64,000 bases of DNA from Hyalangium minutum (GTDB lineage Bacteria; Myxococcota; Myxococcia; Myxococcales; Myxococcaceae): positions 434,001 through 498,000 of the forward strand of contig NZ_JMCB01000003.1 of assembly GCF_000737315.1 (NCBI RefSeq). Direction: 5' to 3'. Positions 28,470 to 41,600 of this stretch are shown piece after piece. The position numbers were made by a program, and so were the translations under genes. Under the pieces are notes generated by a model. It had not been told where the DNA came from. It saw only the letters and a list, made by a program, of their open reading frames with translations, and searched no databases. Position 1 is the first letter of the stretch, and each line of letters starts with the position of its first letter.

Positions 28470-28649
28470 GGGAAACCCCTCCTAAAAATCGCACCGGGAG
28501 CGTTGGGGAACCTACCCACGGAGTCACTTCCCTGGTGTATGAAGGCTGATGTAGACAAACTCAAACGGCTAGGAGTTCAAGGCGGATCGCATCACAGATC
28601 CACTGCTCCTACCTGGCAAGGCTATAGTCCTCGCCGCACCGGAGGTGAG

Positions 28650-29807
28650 ATGCGTCCGTCTCGAATGATGCGCGTGGTGGGGTTCAACGTCGACCGGGTG
28701 GTTTCTGACGCCACCTTGGATCCCGAGGTGCTCCGCCTGGACAACTTCGGCACGGATCTGGCGCCACCGCCGGAAGCCGTGGCCGCGACGCGCGAGTCCG
28801 TAGGAACCAATGAGGCCAACAGCTACACGCCCTTCACGGGAGCGTCGAGCCTGCGGCAGGCGGTGGCCCAGCGTCTGAAGAAGCAGTGCAACCTCTCGTA
28901 CGATCCGGATCGGCAGATCGTGATCACGGCGGGAGGTACACAGGGGTTGATCTCGGCGCTGCTGGCGGTGATTGAGCCGGGCGACGAGGTGCTGCTCACG
29001 GATCCGACGTACGCGGGGATGATTCACCGCGTCACGTTCGCGGGCGGCGTGCCGATGTTCGTGCCGATGAAGGTGGTGGATCGGCGCTGGCGGCTGGACC
29101 TGGACATGTTGCGCGCGATGGTGACGAGCCGCACGCGGGCGATGGTGCTGTCCAACCCGAACATGCCTGCGGGGCACGTGCTGTCGGAGGCCGAGTGGAT
29201 GGCCATCCGCGAGCTGTGCGTGACGCGCAACCTGTGGCTGCTGTACGACGCCGCGCTGGAGAACGTGCTGTACGACGGCCACACGCTGCGCCACCCGGCG
29301 ACGCTGACGGGCATGCCGGAGCGGACGCTGATCGTGGGCTCGGTGTCGAAGGAGTACCGGATGATCGGCTGGCGCATCGGCTGGATCGCCGGCCCGCCGA
29401 AGGTGATGGCGGACGTGTTCTACACGCACAGCTACCTGGTGATTGCTCCGCCGGGCATCGCGCAGAAGGGCGCGGAGGTGGCGCTGCGGGCCGAGGACGC
29501 GGGTGTCCCCGCGGCATTGGCCGAGTGGAAGGCGCGGCGAGACCTGGTGCTGGAGCAGCTCGATGGGCTGCCGATCGTCATCCCGGATGGTGGCTGGAGC
29601 ATGCTGCTGGACGCGCACGCGCTGGGCTACAGCGCCACGGACGCGGCCTCGATCCTGATGTCCCAGGCGAAGGTGGCGGCGACGCCGATGACGAACTGGG
29701 GTTCATCGGTGGCCGAGCGCTACATCCGCCTCGTGTTCAGCTACGAGCCGCAGGAGCGGCTGAAGATGCTGCGCGATCGCCTGCGCCGCACCTCGCTGCT
29801 CCCGTAA
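28650..29807 (+). CDS. PLP-dependent aminotransferase class I/II
   Basis: GGAGGT RBS; ITAGGTQG, DPTYAG, SNPNMPAG, YDAALE, GSVSKEYRMIGWRIGW (PLP Lys). Confidence 0.92.
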   Translation: MRPSRMMRVVGFNVDRVVSDATLDPEVLRLDNFGTDLAPPPEAVAATRESVGTNEANSYTPFTGASSLRQAVAQRLKKQCNLSYDPDRQIVITAGGTQGLISALLAVIEPGDEVLLTDPTYAGMIHRVTFAGGVPMFVPMKVVDRRWRLDLDMLRAMVTSRTRAMVLSNPNMPAGHVLSEAEWMAIRELCVTRNLWLLYDAALENVLYDGHTLRHPATLTGMPERTLIVGSVSKEYRMIGWRIGWIAGPPKVMADVFYTHSYLVIAPPGIAQKGAEVALRAEDAGVPAALAEWKARRDLVLEQLDGLPIVIPDGGWSMLLDAHALGYSATDAASILMSQAKVAATPMTNWGSSVAERYIRLVFSYEPQERLKMLRDRLRRTSLLP

Positions 29808-29831
29808 CTGGGAGCGCGGCCTGAAGTTCTC

Positions 29832-29865
29832 AGGAGGGTCCTCGGTCCGAGGGCCCTCCTTTTTT
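29832..29865 (+). terminator. Rho-independent terminator
   Basis: AGGAGGGTCCTCGG / CCGAGGGCCCTCCT stem followed by a T run. Confidence 0.85.
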
Positions 29866-29876
29866 AGTGCCCGCTC

Positions 29877-30470
29877 TCAGTCAGGAGGTTCTCCGAGCAG
29901 CGCCGCGAGCTTCTCCAGTGCCAGACGGGCTCGTGTCTTCACCGTGCCCAGCGGATCGCCCGTGCGTTCGGCGATCTCCCGTTGGGATAGGCCCTCGAAG
30001 TAGGCCAGCTCCACCACCTTGCGCTGGTCCGGCGGCAGCGCTCGCAGCGCGGCGGCCACCCGGGCCTGATCTTGCCCTCTCACCGCCGCCTCCGAAGGAT
30101 CCACTGGCGTGGCACTCACCGGAGGGGGCTGGTGCACGGCGTCCTCCGTGATCCGCGCCACGGTCCCCATCGCCCGCTTCCGATCGATCGCCCGCGTCCG
30201 TGCGATCGTCGTCACCCACGTCTCCATGCCGCCCCGGCTCGGATCGAACTCCCGCGCCCGGCGCCACACCTCCAGGAACGTCTCCTGGAGCACCTCTTCG
30301 GCGTCGGCTCGCGAGTTCAGCACCCTCGACGCCACCGCCCAGGCTCGGCCTGCGCAGCGCTCGTAGACCGCACGCATTGCCTGACCGCTGCCCAAGGCCA
30401 CCTGCTGCAAGAGGGCCCGGTCGGCCGCTGGATCGCTCGCTTGCGTAGCGGGGGGATCAGAAGGCACCAC
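29877..30470 (-). CDS. ECF sigma factor (sigma-70 group 4)
   Basis: DAEEVLQETFLEVWRRA, WVTTIARTRAIDR, LAYFEGLSQREIAERTGDPLGTVKTR. Confidence 0.92.
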   Translation of the reverse strand: MVPSDPPATQASDPAADRALLQQVALGSGQAMRAVYERCAGRAWAVASRVLNSRADAEEVLQETFLEVWRRAREFDPSRGGMETWVTTIARTRAIDRKRAMGTVARITEDAVHQPPPVSATPVDPSEAAVRGQDQARVAAALRALPPDQRKVVELAYFEGLSQREIAERTGDPLGTVKTRARLALEKLAALLGEPPD

Positions 30471-30676
30471 TGGCTCCCGGATACCGCAACCACGGGTAGG
30501 GCCCCACCTTTTAGCACCGATGACCGTGCCCGCTCACAGGCCAGGGACCGTCTCCCGGCTCCGCCAGAACGTTCACTCGCCAACGGCCCAAGGCACGAAG
30601 CCGTCCAGCATCAACGTACTCGCGTCAACCTCCCCGGAAGTTCCCACTCGTCCCTCTATAAGGGCCCGCTGTTCTT

Positions 30677-32674
30677 ATGAACTCACGAATCGGAAGTGTG
30701 GTCATCGAGAGCGTCCGCCCCGAGCTGGATGGCGGCCGCTTCGCCGTCAAACGCGTCGCCGGCGACACCTTCAAGGTCGAGGCTGATCTCTTCAAGGAAG
30801 GCCACGACGTCCTGGTCGCCATCGTCCGCTGGCGCCAGTCCGGCCCCTCGGGCCAGGAGACCCAATGGGCCGAAGTGCCCATGAAGGCGCTCGGCAATGA
30901 TCTCTGGGTCGCCGACTTCCCCCTCGCCCGCAACGGCCGCTACCAGTACACCGTGGAGGCCTGGCCCGATCTCTTCGCCACCTGGGCCTCCGAGCTCAAG
31001 CGCAAGGTGGATGTCGGCCGGGACGTGCGCAGCGAGCTGCTCGAGGGCTCCGGGCTCCTGGAGGGTGCCGCCGAGCGAGCCCGCACCTTCGGCGGCGAGG
31101 AAGAGAGCCGGCTCCTGGCCGAGGCTGCCACCAAGCTGAAGCAGCCCCCCTCGCCCGAGCTCATCGTCACCGCGCTGTCACCCGATCTGGCGCGGATCGC
31201 CGGCAAGTACGCGGATCGCTCGCTGGCCACCCAGTACGATCGCGTCCTTGAGATCTTCGTCGATCGCGAGCGAGCCCGCACCAGCGCCTGGTACGAGTTC
31301 TTCCCGCGCTCGGCCGTGCGCGACGGCAAGACCCACGGCACCTTCAAGGACGCCGAGGCCTGGCTGCCCTACATCCAGTCGCTCGGGTTCGACACCATCT
31401 ACCTACCGCCCATCCACCCCATCGGGCGCACCGCGCGCAAGGGCAAGAACAACAGCCTCCGCGCCGAGCCTGATGACGTGGGCAGCCCCTGGGCCATCGG
31501 CGGCGCCGAGGGCGGCCACAAGGCGATCCACCCGCAGCTCGGCACGCCGGAAGAATTCCGACGCTTCCTCAAGGCCGCGGAGCAGCACGGCATCGAGGTG
31601 GCGCTGGATCTCGCCTTCCAGTGCTCCCCGGATCACCCCTACGTCAAGGAGCACCCCGAGTGGTTCCTCCGGCGCCCGGACGGCACCATCAAGACGGCCG
31701 AGAACCCGCCCAAGCGCTACGAGGACATCGTCAACTTCGACTGGATGGGCCCGGGCCGTGACACGCTCTGGCCGGAGCTCGAGTCCGTGGTGCTGCACTG
31801 GGTGCAGCAGGGCGTGAAGATCTTCCGCGTGGACAACCCGCACACCAAGCCCCTCCAGTTCTGGGCCTGGCTCATCCGCCACGTGCAGGACAAGCACCCG
31901 GAGGTGGTGTTCCTCTCCGAGGCCTTCACCCGTCCCAAGGTGATGAAGGCGCTGGCGAAGATCGGCTTCACCCAGTCGTACACGTACTTCACGTGGCGCA
32001 ACTTCAAGCAGGAGATCGAGGAGTACCTCACCGAGATCACCCACCCCCCCGTGTCCGACTACTTCCGGGGCAACCTCTGGCCCAACACGCCGGACATTCT
32101 CCCGGAGCTGCTCCAGCGCAGCGGCCCGGCCGGCTTCCGCCTCCGCGTGGCACTGGCCGCCACCCTCTCCTCCTCGTACGGCATCTACTGCGGCTACGAG
32201 CTGTGCGAGGGCCGCGCCCTGCCCGGCAAGGAGGAGTACCTGGACTCGGAGAAGTACCAACTGGTGGCGTGGGATCTGGAGCGGCCCGGCCACATCCGCG
32301 ACTGGATCCGCAAGCTCAACGCGGCGCGCAAGCAGCACCCCGCGCTCCAGCTCTACGGCAACCTGCGCTTCTTCCGCTCGGACAACGATCGCGTCCTCTT
32401 CTACGGCAAGCGCACGCCGGACGGCTCCAGCCAGGTGCTCGTCGCCGTGAGCCTGGATCCGCACTCCCCCCAGGAGGCCCTGCTCCACGTGCCGCTGAAA
32501 GAGCTGGGCATCCCACCCGACGAGACGTACCAGGTGCACGAGTTGATGACAGATGAGCGCAGGCTCTGGCAGGGTCCACATGCCCAGATCCGCCTCACGC
32601 CCGATCAGCCCGCCGCCATCTGGGCCGTGTACCGCTTCCGTCGCACCGAGCAGGCGTTCGACTACTACGAGTGA
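30677..32674 (+). CDS. glgE: Alpha-1,4-glucan:maltose-1-phosphate maltosyltransferase
   Basis: [54 protein letters not shown]. Confidence 0.97.
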   Translation: MNSRIGSVVIESVRPELDGGRFAVKRVAGDTFKVEADLFKEGHDVLVAIVRWRQSGPSGQETQWAEVPMKALGNDLWVADFPLARNGRYQYTVEAWPDLFATWASELKRKVDVGRDVRSELLEGSGLLEGAAERARTFGGEEESRLLAEAATKLKQPPSPELIVTALSPDLARIAGKYADRSLATQYDRVLEIFVDRERARTSAWYEFFPRSAVRDGKTHGTFKDAEAWLPYIQSLGFDTIYLPPIHPIGRTARKGKNNSLRAEPDDVGSPWAIGGAEGGHKAIHPQLGTPEEFRRFLKAAEQHGIEVALDLAFQCSPDHPYVKEHPEWFLRRPDGTIKTAENPPKRYEDIVNFDWMGPGRDTLWPELESVVLHWVQQGVKIFRVDNPHTKPLQFWAWLIRHVQDKHPEVVFLSEAFTRPKVMKALAKIGFTQSYTYFTWRNFKQEIEEYLTEITHPPVSDYFRGNLWPNTPDILPELLQRSGPAGFRLRVALAATLSSSYGIYCGYELCEGRALPGKEEYLDSEKYQLVAWDLERPGHIRDWIRKLNAARKQHPALQLYGNLRFFRSDNDRVLFYGKRTPDGSSQVLVAVSLDPHSPQEALLHVPLKELGIPPDETYQVHELMTDERRLWQGPHAQIRLTPDQPAAIWAVYRFRRTEQAFDYYE

Positions 32675-32688
32675 CACCCGAGAGGCGT

Positions 32689-34340
<1,652 letters not shown>

Positions 34341-34344
<4 letters not shown>

Positions 34345-35672
34345 CACCCGTGGATCTCGCCCGGCTGCCCGAATTTCTGAAGCAGCAGCGCTGGTTCAGC
34401 GGCAAGGCCTGGCCCATCAAGTCCGTCTCCGTGGTGGATCACGCCACCCTGGACTTTGGCCCCTGCGCGTTCAGCCTCGCCATCGTCGAGGTGCTGTACG
34501 AGCTGGGCAAGTCCGAGCGCTACCTGCTGCCCGTCAAGCCCTCCTCGGAGGGCGTTCAGGATGCGCTCGAGGACGTGGAGTGCCTGCGAGCCCTCTTCCG
34601 CTTGATCCGCGAGCAGAAAGAGGCCTCCTCCGCCTCCGGCCGCGTGCACGGAGAGTGGCTCCCCACCGAGGAGGGCCGCCTGTCGCTGCCCGAGCCCATC
34701 ACCGTGCGCCGGCTCATGGTGGAGCAGAGCAACACCTCCGTGGTCTTCGGGGAGAAGGTCATCCTCAAGATCATCCGCAAGCTGGAGGTGGGGGTGAACC
34801 CAGAGCACGAGATGGGGCGCTTCCTCGCCACGCGCACCTCCTTCCGCGCCATGCCCACGCTGCTCGGCGCGCTCCTCCTGGAGGGCGCTTCCGGCGCCAC
34901 GCTCGGGCTGGTGCACCGCTTCGTCCCCAACGCCGTGGATGGCTGGAAGTACACGCTGGATCGGTTCCGCAAGGCCGAGCCGCTGGACGCCTCCTTCCTG
35001 GAGGAGATGAAGGAGATGGGGCGCCGCCTGGGCGAGCTGCACAAGGCCCTGGCCTCGGACGCCAGTGATCCCGTCTTCGCCCCGGAGCCGGTGCTCCAGG
35101 AGGATCTGCAGCGCTGGAGCGCCTCCATCATGGGCGAGCTGGGCGTGACGCTGGCGGACGCGGGCCGGCTGCATGTGGATCTGGAGCGCCAGCGCGAGCG
35201 CCTGCTGGAGCACGCGCGGCGGCTGGCCCACGTGACTCCGTCCGGGCAGAAGATCCGCATCCACGGTGATCTCCACCTGGGCCAGGTGCTGCGCTCCGAG
35301 GACCAGTGGCTCATCTTCGACTTCGAGGGTGAGCCGTCCCGCACCTTCACCCAGCGCCGGGAGAAGTACTCGCCGCTGCGGGACGTGGCGGGCATGCTGC
35401 GCTCGTTCGACTACGCCGAGGCCACGGTGCTGCTCGAGGGCAATCCGCCCGCGCCGCGCATGGCTCCCTCTCGCGATGCGTTCCTCGCGGGCTACCGGGA
35501 GGTGACCCGGGGTGCCGCCTTCCTCCCGGCGGATGAAGAGACGTTCTGGGTGATGTTGCGCGCATTCGAATTGGAGAAGCTCCTCTACGAAGTGCGCTAT
35601 GAGCTGGCGAACCGCCCGGATTGGGTCCGAATCCCCGTCCAGGCCCTCTTGCGCATGGAGGATCCGAAGTGA
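34341..35672 (+). CDS. mak: Maltokinase (Pep2/Mak)
   Basis: [46 protein letters not shown]; ATGA overlap with treS. Confidence 0.93.
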
Positions 35673-37948
35673 AGAAGCCCGCCGACCGGCAGCAGATCGA
35701 CGCGGAGATCCAGCTTGTCACCGAGCTGCGGCACCCGGAGCCGCACCGGGTGCTCGGTATTCACCCGGATGGGGATGGCGTGGTGATCCGCGCCTTCCGG
35801 CCGGATGCCGCCGCCATTCATGTCATCCCCGACTTCGGGGGCCGCATCTCCATGGAGCATCGCAAGGGCGGCGTCTTCGAGGCGCGGCTCAACGGGCGCG
35901 ATCAGGTCTTCAACTACCTGATCGAAGTGGAGTACCCGGGTGGCAAGGTCTTCACCCTGAGGGATCCGTACAGCTACACGCCCACCCTCGGCGAGCTGGA
36001 CCTGTACTACGCGGGCGAGGGCCGCCACGAGAAGCTCTGGGATCGCATGGGCGCCCACCTGATCCACCACCACGGGGTGGCCGGTGTGTCCTTCGCGGTC
36101 TGGGCCCCCACGGCGGCCGGCGTGTCCGTGGTGGGTGACTTCAACAGCTGGGATGGGCGGCTGCACACCATGCGGCGCATGGGCGCCTCCGGCATCTGGG
36201 AGCTGTTCATCCCCGAGGTCGGCGAGGGCACGCGCTACAAGTTCGAGATCCGGCCCAACGGTAGCGGCCCGGCCATGCTCAAGGCGGACCCGTTCGCCTT
36301 CCGCACCGAGGTTCCGCCCGCCACCGCGTCCGTGGTGCACGATCTGCGCCGCTTCACGTGGTCGGACGAGAAGTGGCTGTCCTCCCGCGGCGAAGGCGTC
36401 CCCGCGCAGAAGCCGTGGAGCGTGTACGAAGTGCACCTGGGCTCGTGGCGGCGCGTCGTGGAGGACGGCGACCGGCCGATGACGTACCGCGAGCTGGCCC
36501 CCGCCCTGAGCGACTACCTCAAGCGCGTGGGCTTCACGCACGTGGAGTTCCTGCCCGTGGCGGAGCACCCGTATGGGCCCTCGTGGGGCTATCAGGTGGG
36601 CAACTACTACGCGCCCAGCGCCCGGTTCGGCCACCCGGATGACTTCCGCTTCCTGGTGAACCACCTGCACGAGGAGGGCATCGGCGTCATCGTCGACTGG
36701 GTGCCCGGGCACTTCCCCAAGGACGCGCACGCGCTGGGCAAGTTCGACGGCACGGCGCTCTACGAGCACGCCGATCCCCGCCAGGGCACGCAGCCCGACT
36801 GGGGCACGTTGGTCTTCAACTTCGGCCGCAACGAGGTGCGCAACTTCCTCATCGCCAACGCCCTGTTCTGGATCGAGGAGTACCACGTGGACGGCCTGCG
36901 CGTGGACGCAGTGGCCTCCATGCTCTACCTCGACTACAGCCGCCGCGCGGGCGAGTGGGTCCCCAACCGATGGGGCGGCCGCGAGAACGAGGAGGCCATC
37001 GCCTTCCTGCGCGAGCTCAATGAAGTCATCCGCCGCAAGCACCCGGGCGTGGTGATGATCGCCGAGGAGTCCACCGCATGGCCCAAGGTGAGCCAGCCCG
37101 TGAGCGAGGGCGGCCTGGGCTTCCACTTCAAGTGGAACATGGGGTGGATGCACGACACCCTGCGCTACTTCTCCAAGGATCCCGTCTACCGGCAGCACCA
37201 CCACAACGACATGACGTTCGGCCTGCTCTACGCCTTCAGCGAGCACTTCATGCTCCCGCTGAGCCACGACGAGGTGGTGCACGGCAAGGGCTCGCTCTAC
37301 GGGAAGATGCCGGGCGATCCGTGGCAGAAGCGCGCCAACCTGCGCGCGCTGCTCGCGTGGATGTGGGCCCACCCGGGCAAGAAGTTGCTCTTCATGGGCG
37401 GCGAGTTCGGCCAGCATGCCGAGTGGAACAGCGATCGCAGCCTGGACTGGCACCTGCTCGAGGATTCCGGCCACAAGGGCATCCAGACGCTGATGAGCGA
37501 TCTCAACCGCCTCTACAAGGACATCCCCGCGCTCTACGACGCGGACAGCGAGCCCATCGGCTTCCAGTGGCTGCAGCCGGACGCGGCGGCCTCCAGCGTG
37601 TTCGCGTTCATCCGCCGCTCGCGGACGCCGGGGCGCCACGTGGTGTGCGTGGCCAACCTCACGCCCATCCCTCGCGAGGGCTACCGTCTCGGCTTCCCCC
37701 GTGTGGGCACCTACGTCGAGGTGCTCAACACGGACGCCGCCACCTACGGCGGCTCTGGCCTGGGCAACATGGGGCAGATCCAGACGGAGGCACGCCCCTG
37801 GGATGGCCAGGAAGCCTCCGCCGTGCTCACGCTCCCGCCGCTGTCCGTGCTCTGGTTCAGCACGGGCGTGCCCGCCTCCCCGGCGATCTCAGCGACCGAG
37901 CCCTCGGCCGCCGAGGCCCCGCCGGAGCGTCTACTCTCCTCGGCGTAG
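35669..37948 (+). CDS. glgB: 1,4-alpha-glucan branching enzyme
   Basis: FAVWAP, YEVHLGSW, WGYQV, DWVPGHFP, LRVDAVASMLY, IAEESTAWP, LSHDEVVHGK; GTG start overlaps mak stop. Confidence 0.97.
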   Translation: MKKPADRQQIDAEIQLVTELRHPEPHRVLGIHPDGDGVVIRAFRPDAAAIHVIPDFGGRISMEHRKGGVFEARLNGRDQVFNYLIEVEYPGGKVFTLRDPYSYTPTLGELDLYYAGEGRHEKLWDRMGAHLIHHHGVAGVSFAVWAPTAAGVSVVGDFNSWDGRLHTMRRMGASGIWELFIPEVGEGTRYKFEIRPNGSGPAMLKADPFAFRTEVPPATASVVHDLRRFTWSDEKWLSSRGEGVPAQKPWSVYEVHLGSWRRVVEDGDRPMTYRELAPALSDYLKRVGFTHVEFLPVAEHPYGPSWGYQVGNYYAPSARFGHPDDFRFLVNHLHEEGIGVIVDWVPGHFPKDAHALGKFDGTALYEHADPRQGTQPDWGTLVFNFGRNEVRNFLIANALFWIEEYHVDGLRVDAVASMLYLDYSRRAGEWVPNRWGGRENEEAIAFLRELNEVIRRKHPGVVMIAEESTAWPKVSQPVSEGGLGFHFKWNMGWMHDTLRYFSKDPVYRQHHHNDMTFGLLYAFSEHFMLPLSHDEVVHGKGSLYGKMPGDPWQKRANLRALLAWMWAHPGKKLLFMGGEFGQHAEWNSDRSLDWHLLEDSGHKGIQTLMSDLNRLYKDIPALYDADSEPIGFQWLQPDAAASSVFAFIRRSRTPGRHVVCVANLTPIPREGYRLGFPRVGTYVEVLNTDAATYGGSGLGNMGQIQTEARPWDGQEASAVLTLPPLSVLWFSTGVPASPAISATEPSAAEAPPERLLSSA

Positions 37949-38452
37949 CCGCTCTACATAGTCCGCCGGGAGCCCCGCGCTCTCGGCGCCTCGCACCAGC
38001 GCCTCGATGAAGCGCGGGCTGATGGGCCCGTCTTTCGAGGCGCGCCGGGGCGACGTCGTGAACGCGGTGGCCTCCTGCTCCTTCCCGTCCACCCGGACGC
38101 GCACGGGGCGCTCGATGCACATCCCCGTCACGAAGCCCTCCTTGTGCTGGACGATGGGCCAGTCCTTGCCGGCGATCTCGAAGAGCCGCCCGAACACGCT
38201 CTGGCCCGGCACATCCGCCAGTCCCGCCACTCGCCCGCCCCACCAGCGAGAGGGAAAGTCGTACACCAGCCCTACGCCTACTGCCTCGGCCAGCTTCCCC
38301 TCAGGCAACTGGAAGAACTCATAGCTGTGCTGCGAGCGCCACTCCTCGAACGCCGCCCGGTCGAGGATCGTCGAGTAGCCGAAGTACAGCCGCGTGGCCG
38401 AGGCGTCCGCTGCCTCCCGTGCCTTCATCACCTGGTCGTAGTGCGCGTCCAT
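37931..38452 (-). CDS. Gamma-glutamylcyclotransferase-family protein
   Basis: LYFGYS, GRVAGL, VFGRLFEI, KEG, PRFIEALVRGAESAGLPADYV. Confidence 0.8.
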   Translation of the reverse strand: MDAHYDQVMKAREAADASATRLYFGYSTILDRAAFEEWRSQHSYEFFQLPEGKLAEAVGVGLVYDFPSRWWGGRVAGLADVPGQSVFGRLFEIAGKDWPIVQHKEGFVTGMCIERPVRVRVDGKEQEATAFTTSPRRASKDGPISPRFIEALVRGAESAGLPADYVERLRRGE

Positions 38453-38685
38453 GAGTTGGGTCCTCGTTCTCTGTCTCTCAAAAAATGGGGATCTTTGCCG
38501 CCCAGCATTTGTCTACATCTGGACCATAGGTAGTACTGTTCGCCATTTGAATTTTACTTGGTGCTCATGGTACGCGTTGTCGGTGAGGTCAGTGTTCGTC
38601 GTACCTAGAGACTTCCCTCACCGGATCCACCTCGAGCGCGGGTGGGGCTCGTTGATCGCAGCGCTCGCATGTCGGGGCAAAACAC

Positions 38686-41600
38686 ATGAAGAACTCAGTA
38701 ACCCGGGTGCCCAAGAAGGGCATTCGCGCTCGGGGCACTCGCGTGCTCGGGCTGGCCAGCATGTTGTCGGTGCTGGCATGCGGACAGCAGAGTGGTCCCA
38801 CCGCGAAGCCCGAAGCCGAGGGTCTCCGCTCGAGCCTCAAGTTCCACAAGGTTCAGCTTAGCGCGAAGCAGGCGCAGGAGCTGAAAGAGCGTGGCGCGAA
38901 GCTCGAGGTGATTGGCGACTACGGCAGCTTCACGCTGGTGAACGTGGATGACAAGGCGCTGGCTTCGCTGCCCCAGGGCGCGGAGGTTCGCGACGAGCTC
39001 AACGACATCCTGCTGAACGCTGGCACCATCAACACGCTGTCCGAGCACGGCCAGTCCCTGCGTGGCATGAAGCAGACCCCGGACAAGGCGGCCGCCGCGG
39101 GCAAGCGCTTCTACCTGGTGCAGTTCGCCGGCCCCGTGAAGGCTGAGTGGTACAAGCAGCTGGAGGCCACGGGCGTCAAGGTGGTGACGTACATCCCGAA
39201 CAACGCCTACCTCGTGTACGGCGAGGACAGCTCGCTCAACTCGCTGCAGGGCCTGATCAACAACAAGGACAAGGACTCTGCCGCTTCGGTTCAGTGGGAT
39301 GGCGAGTACCTGAACGACTACAAGCTCAACCGCTCCGTCCACACGTCCAACTCGGAGACGTTCGAGGTTCAGCTCATCAAGGACGAGCAGGCCAACGAGG
39401 CGACGCTGTCCCTCATCCAGCGCCTGCAGTCCAAGAGCGGAACGATCCAGGAGGCCTTCGGCTACGTGAACGTGAACACGTACCTGACGGTGAACGATCT
39501 CTATGAGATCGCCTCCCGTCCGGACGTGCTGTCCATTCAGCCGCGCCCGATGCCGCGCAAGTTCGACGAGCGGCAGAACATGATCGTGTCGGGTCACCTG
39601 AATGGTAACCAGATCACCGGTCCGGGCTGGCTCCAGTGGCTGGCCTCCAAGGGCTTCACGCAGGAGCAGTTCGCTGCGTCCGGCTTCGGCGTGGACGTGA
39701 CGGACAGCGGCGTGGACAACGCCACCCCGGCGGCGCCCAACCACATGGGCCTCTACGTGGGCGGCAACGTCAACAGCACCAGCCGCCTGGTGTACTCGCG
39801 CCTCGAGGGCACGCCGCACTCGGGCAGCACCATCCAGGGCTGCGACGGCCACGGTAACCTGAACGCGCACATCATCGCGGGCTACAGCAACGAGTCCGGT
39901 GCGCCGTTCGAGGACACCGAGGGCTACAACTACGGCCTCGGCGTGGCGCCCTTCGTGAAGGTGGGCTCCTCCGTCATCTTCGACCCGGGCACCTTCACCA
40001 GCCCGGACTACGAGGATCTGCAGTCGCGCGCGTACCGCGACGGCATGCGCATCAGCTCCAACAGCTGGGGCGCTAGCACCCCTTCGTACACCTCGGATGC
40101 TCAGCGCTACGACTTCCTGGCTCGCGACGCGCAGCCGGAAGGCTCGGCGGTGGCCAACCCGGGTAACCAGGAAATGGTCATCGTCTTCGCCGCGGGCAAC
40201 GACGGCTCCGGCGCGAGCACGGTGGGCAGCCCGGGTACCGCGAAGAACATCATCACCGCGGGCGCCTCCAAGAACGTCCACGTGTTCGGCGCGGCGGATC
40301 AGTGCAACGTGCCTGACAGCGACGCCAACGACGCGATGGGCATCGTGGGCTTCTCCAGCCGCGGCCCGGCCGCGGACGGCCGCAAGAAGCCGGAGATCAT
40401 GGCCCCTGGCACGCACGTGTCCGGCGGCGTGGCTCAGGCGAACCTGGCCACCAACCCGCCGAGCGGCAACGGCCAGGCGCTGAGCTGCTTCGACGCCTCG
40501 GGCGTGTGCGCCGGCCCCGGCACCAGCAACTTCTGGCCCGTGGGCCAGCAGTGGTACACGGCCTCCTCCGGTACGTCGCACTCCACCCCGGCCGTCGCCG
40601 GTGGCGCGGCGCTGGTGCGCCAGTACTTCATCAACCAGGGCTTCAACACGCCGAGCGCGGCGATGACGAAGGCCTACCTGATGAACTCGACCCGTTACAT
40701 GACGGGCACGGGCGCCAACGACAACCTCTGGTCCAACAACCAGGGTATGGGCCTGATGGACCTGGCCCTGGCGTTCGACGGCACCCCGCGCACGCTGGAT
40801 GACCAGAACCCGGCCAACCTCTTCACCGCTACGGGCCAGACGCGCACCTTCACCGGCGCGGGCGGCGATCCGACCAAGCCGTTCCGCGTCACCCTGGCGT
40901 GGACGGACGCTCCGGGCTCCACCACCGGTAGCGCCTGGAAGAACGACCTGAACCTCGAGGTGACGTTCAACGGTACCACCTACAAGGGCAACGTCTTCAC
41001 CGGCGCCAACTCCACGACGGGTGGCACGGCGGACGCTCAGAACAACGTGGAGAGCGTGTTCCTGCCCGCGGGCACCTCCGGTCCCTTCACCATCACGGTG
41101 ACGGCGGCCAACATCAACTCGGACGGCGTGCCGGGCAACGACAGCGCGATCGACCAGGACTTCGCCCTGGTGGCCTACAACACCTGCGGTGATACCCCGG
41201 CTCCGGTCACGGACGCGGCGATCTCCATCCCGGGTGACAACCAGGTCCAGATCGCGTGGACGGACATCTCTGGCGCCACCTCGTACAACGTCTACCGCGC
41301 CAGCACCGCGGGCGGCCCGTACACCAAGCTGGGCAGCGTGGCCCACTCGCCGTTCGTGGACACCACGGTCTCCGGCGGCAGCACCTACTACTACGTGGTG
41401 AAGAGCAACATCTGCGTCGAGGCGGCTCCCTCCAACGAGGTCAGCATCACCGCCACCGGCGCGTGCACCCTGCTGCCCACGTTCGCGGGTCTCACCAGCG
41501 CGAGCAACGCGGCGGCGGCCACCTGCGGCACCACCCTGGCCTGGTCTGCGGCCACGCCGGCGTGCAGCGGCACGGTGACCTACTCGGTCTACCGCTCCAC

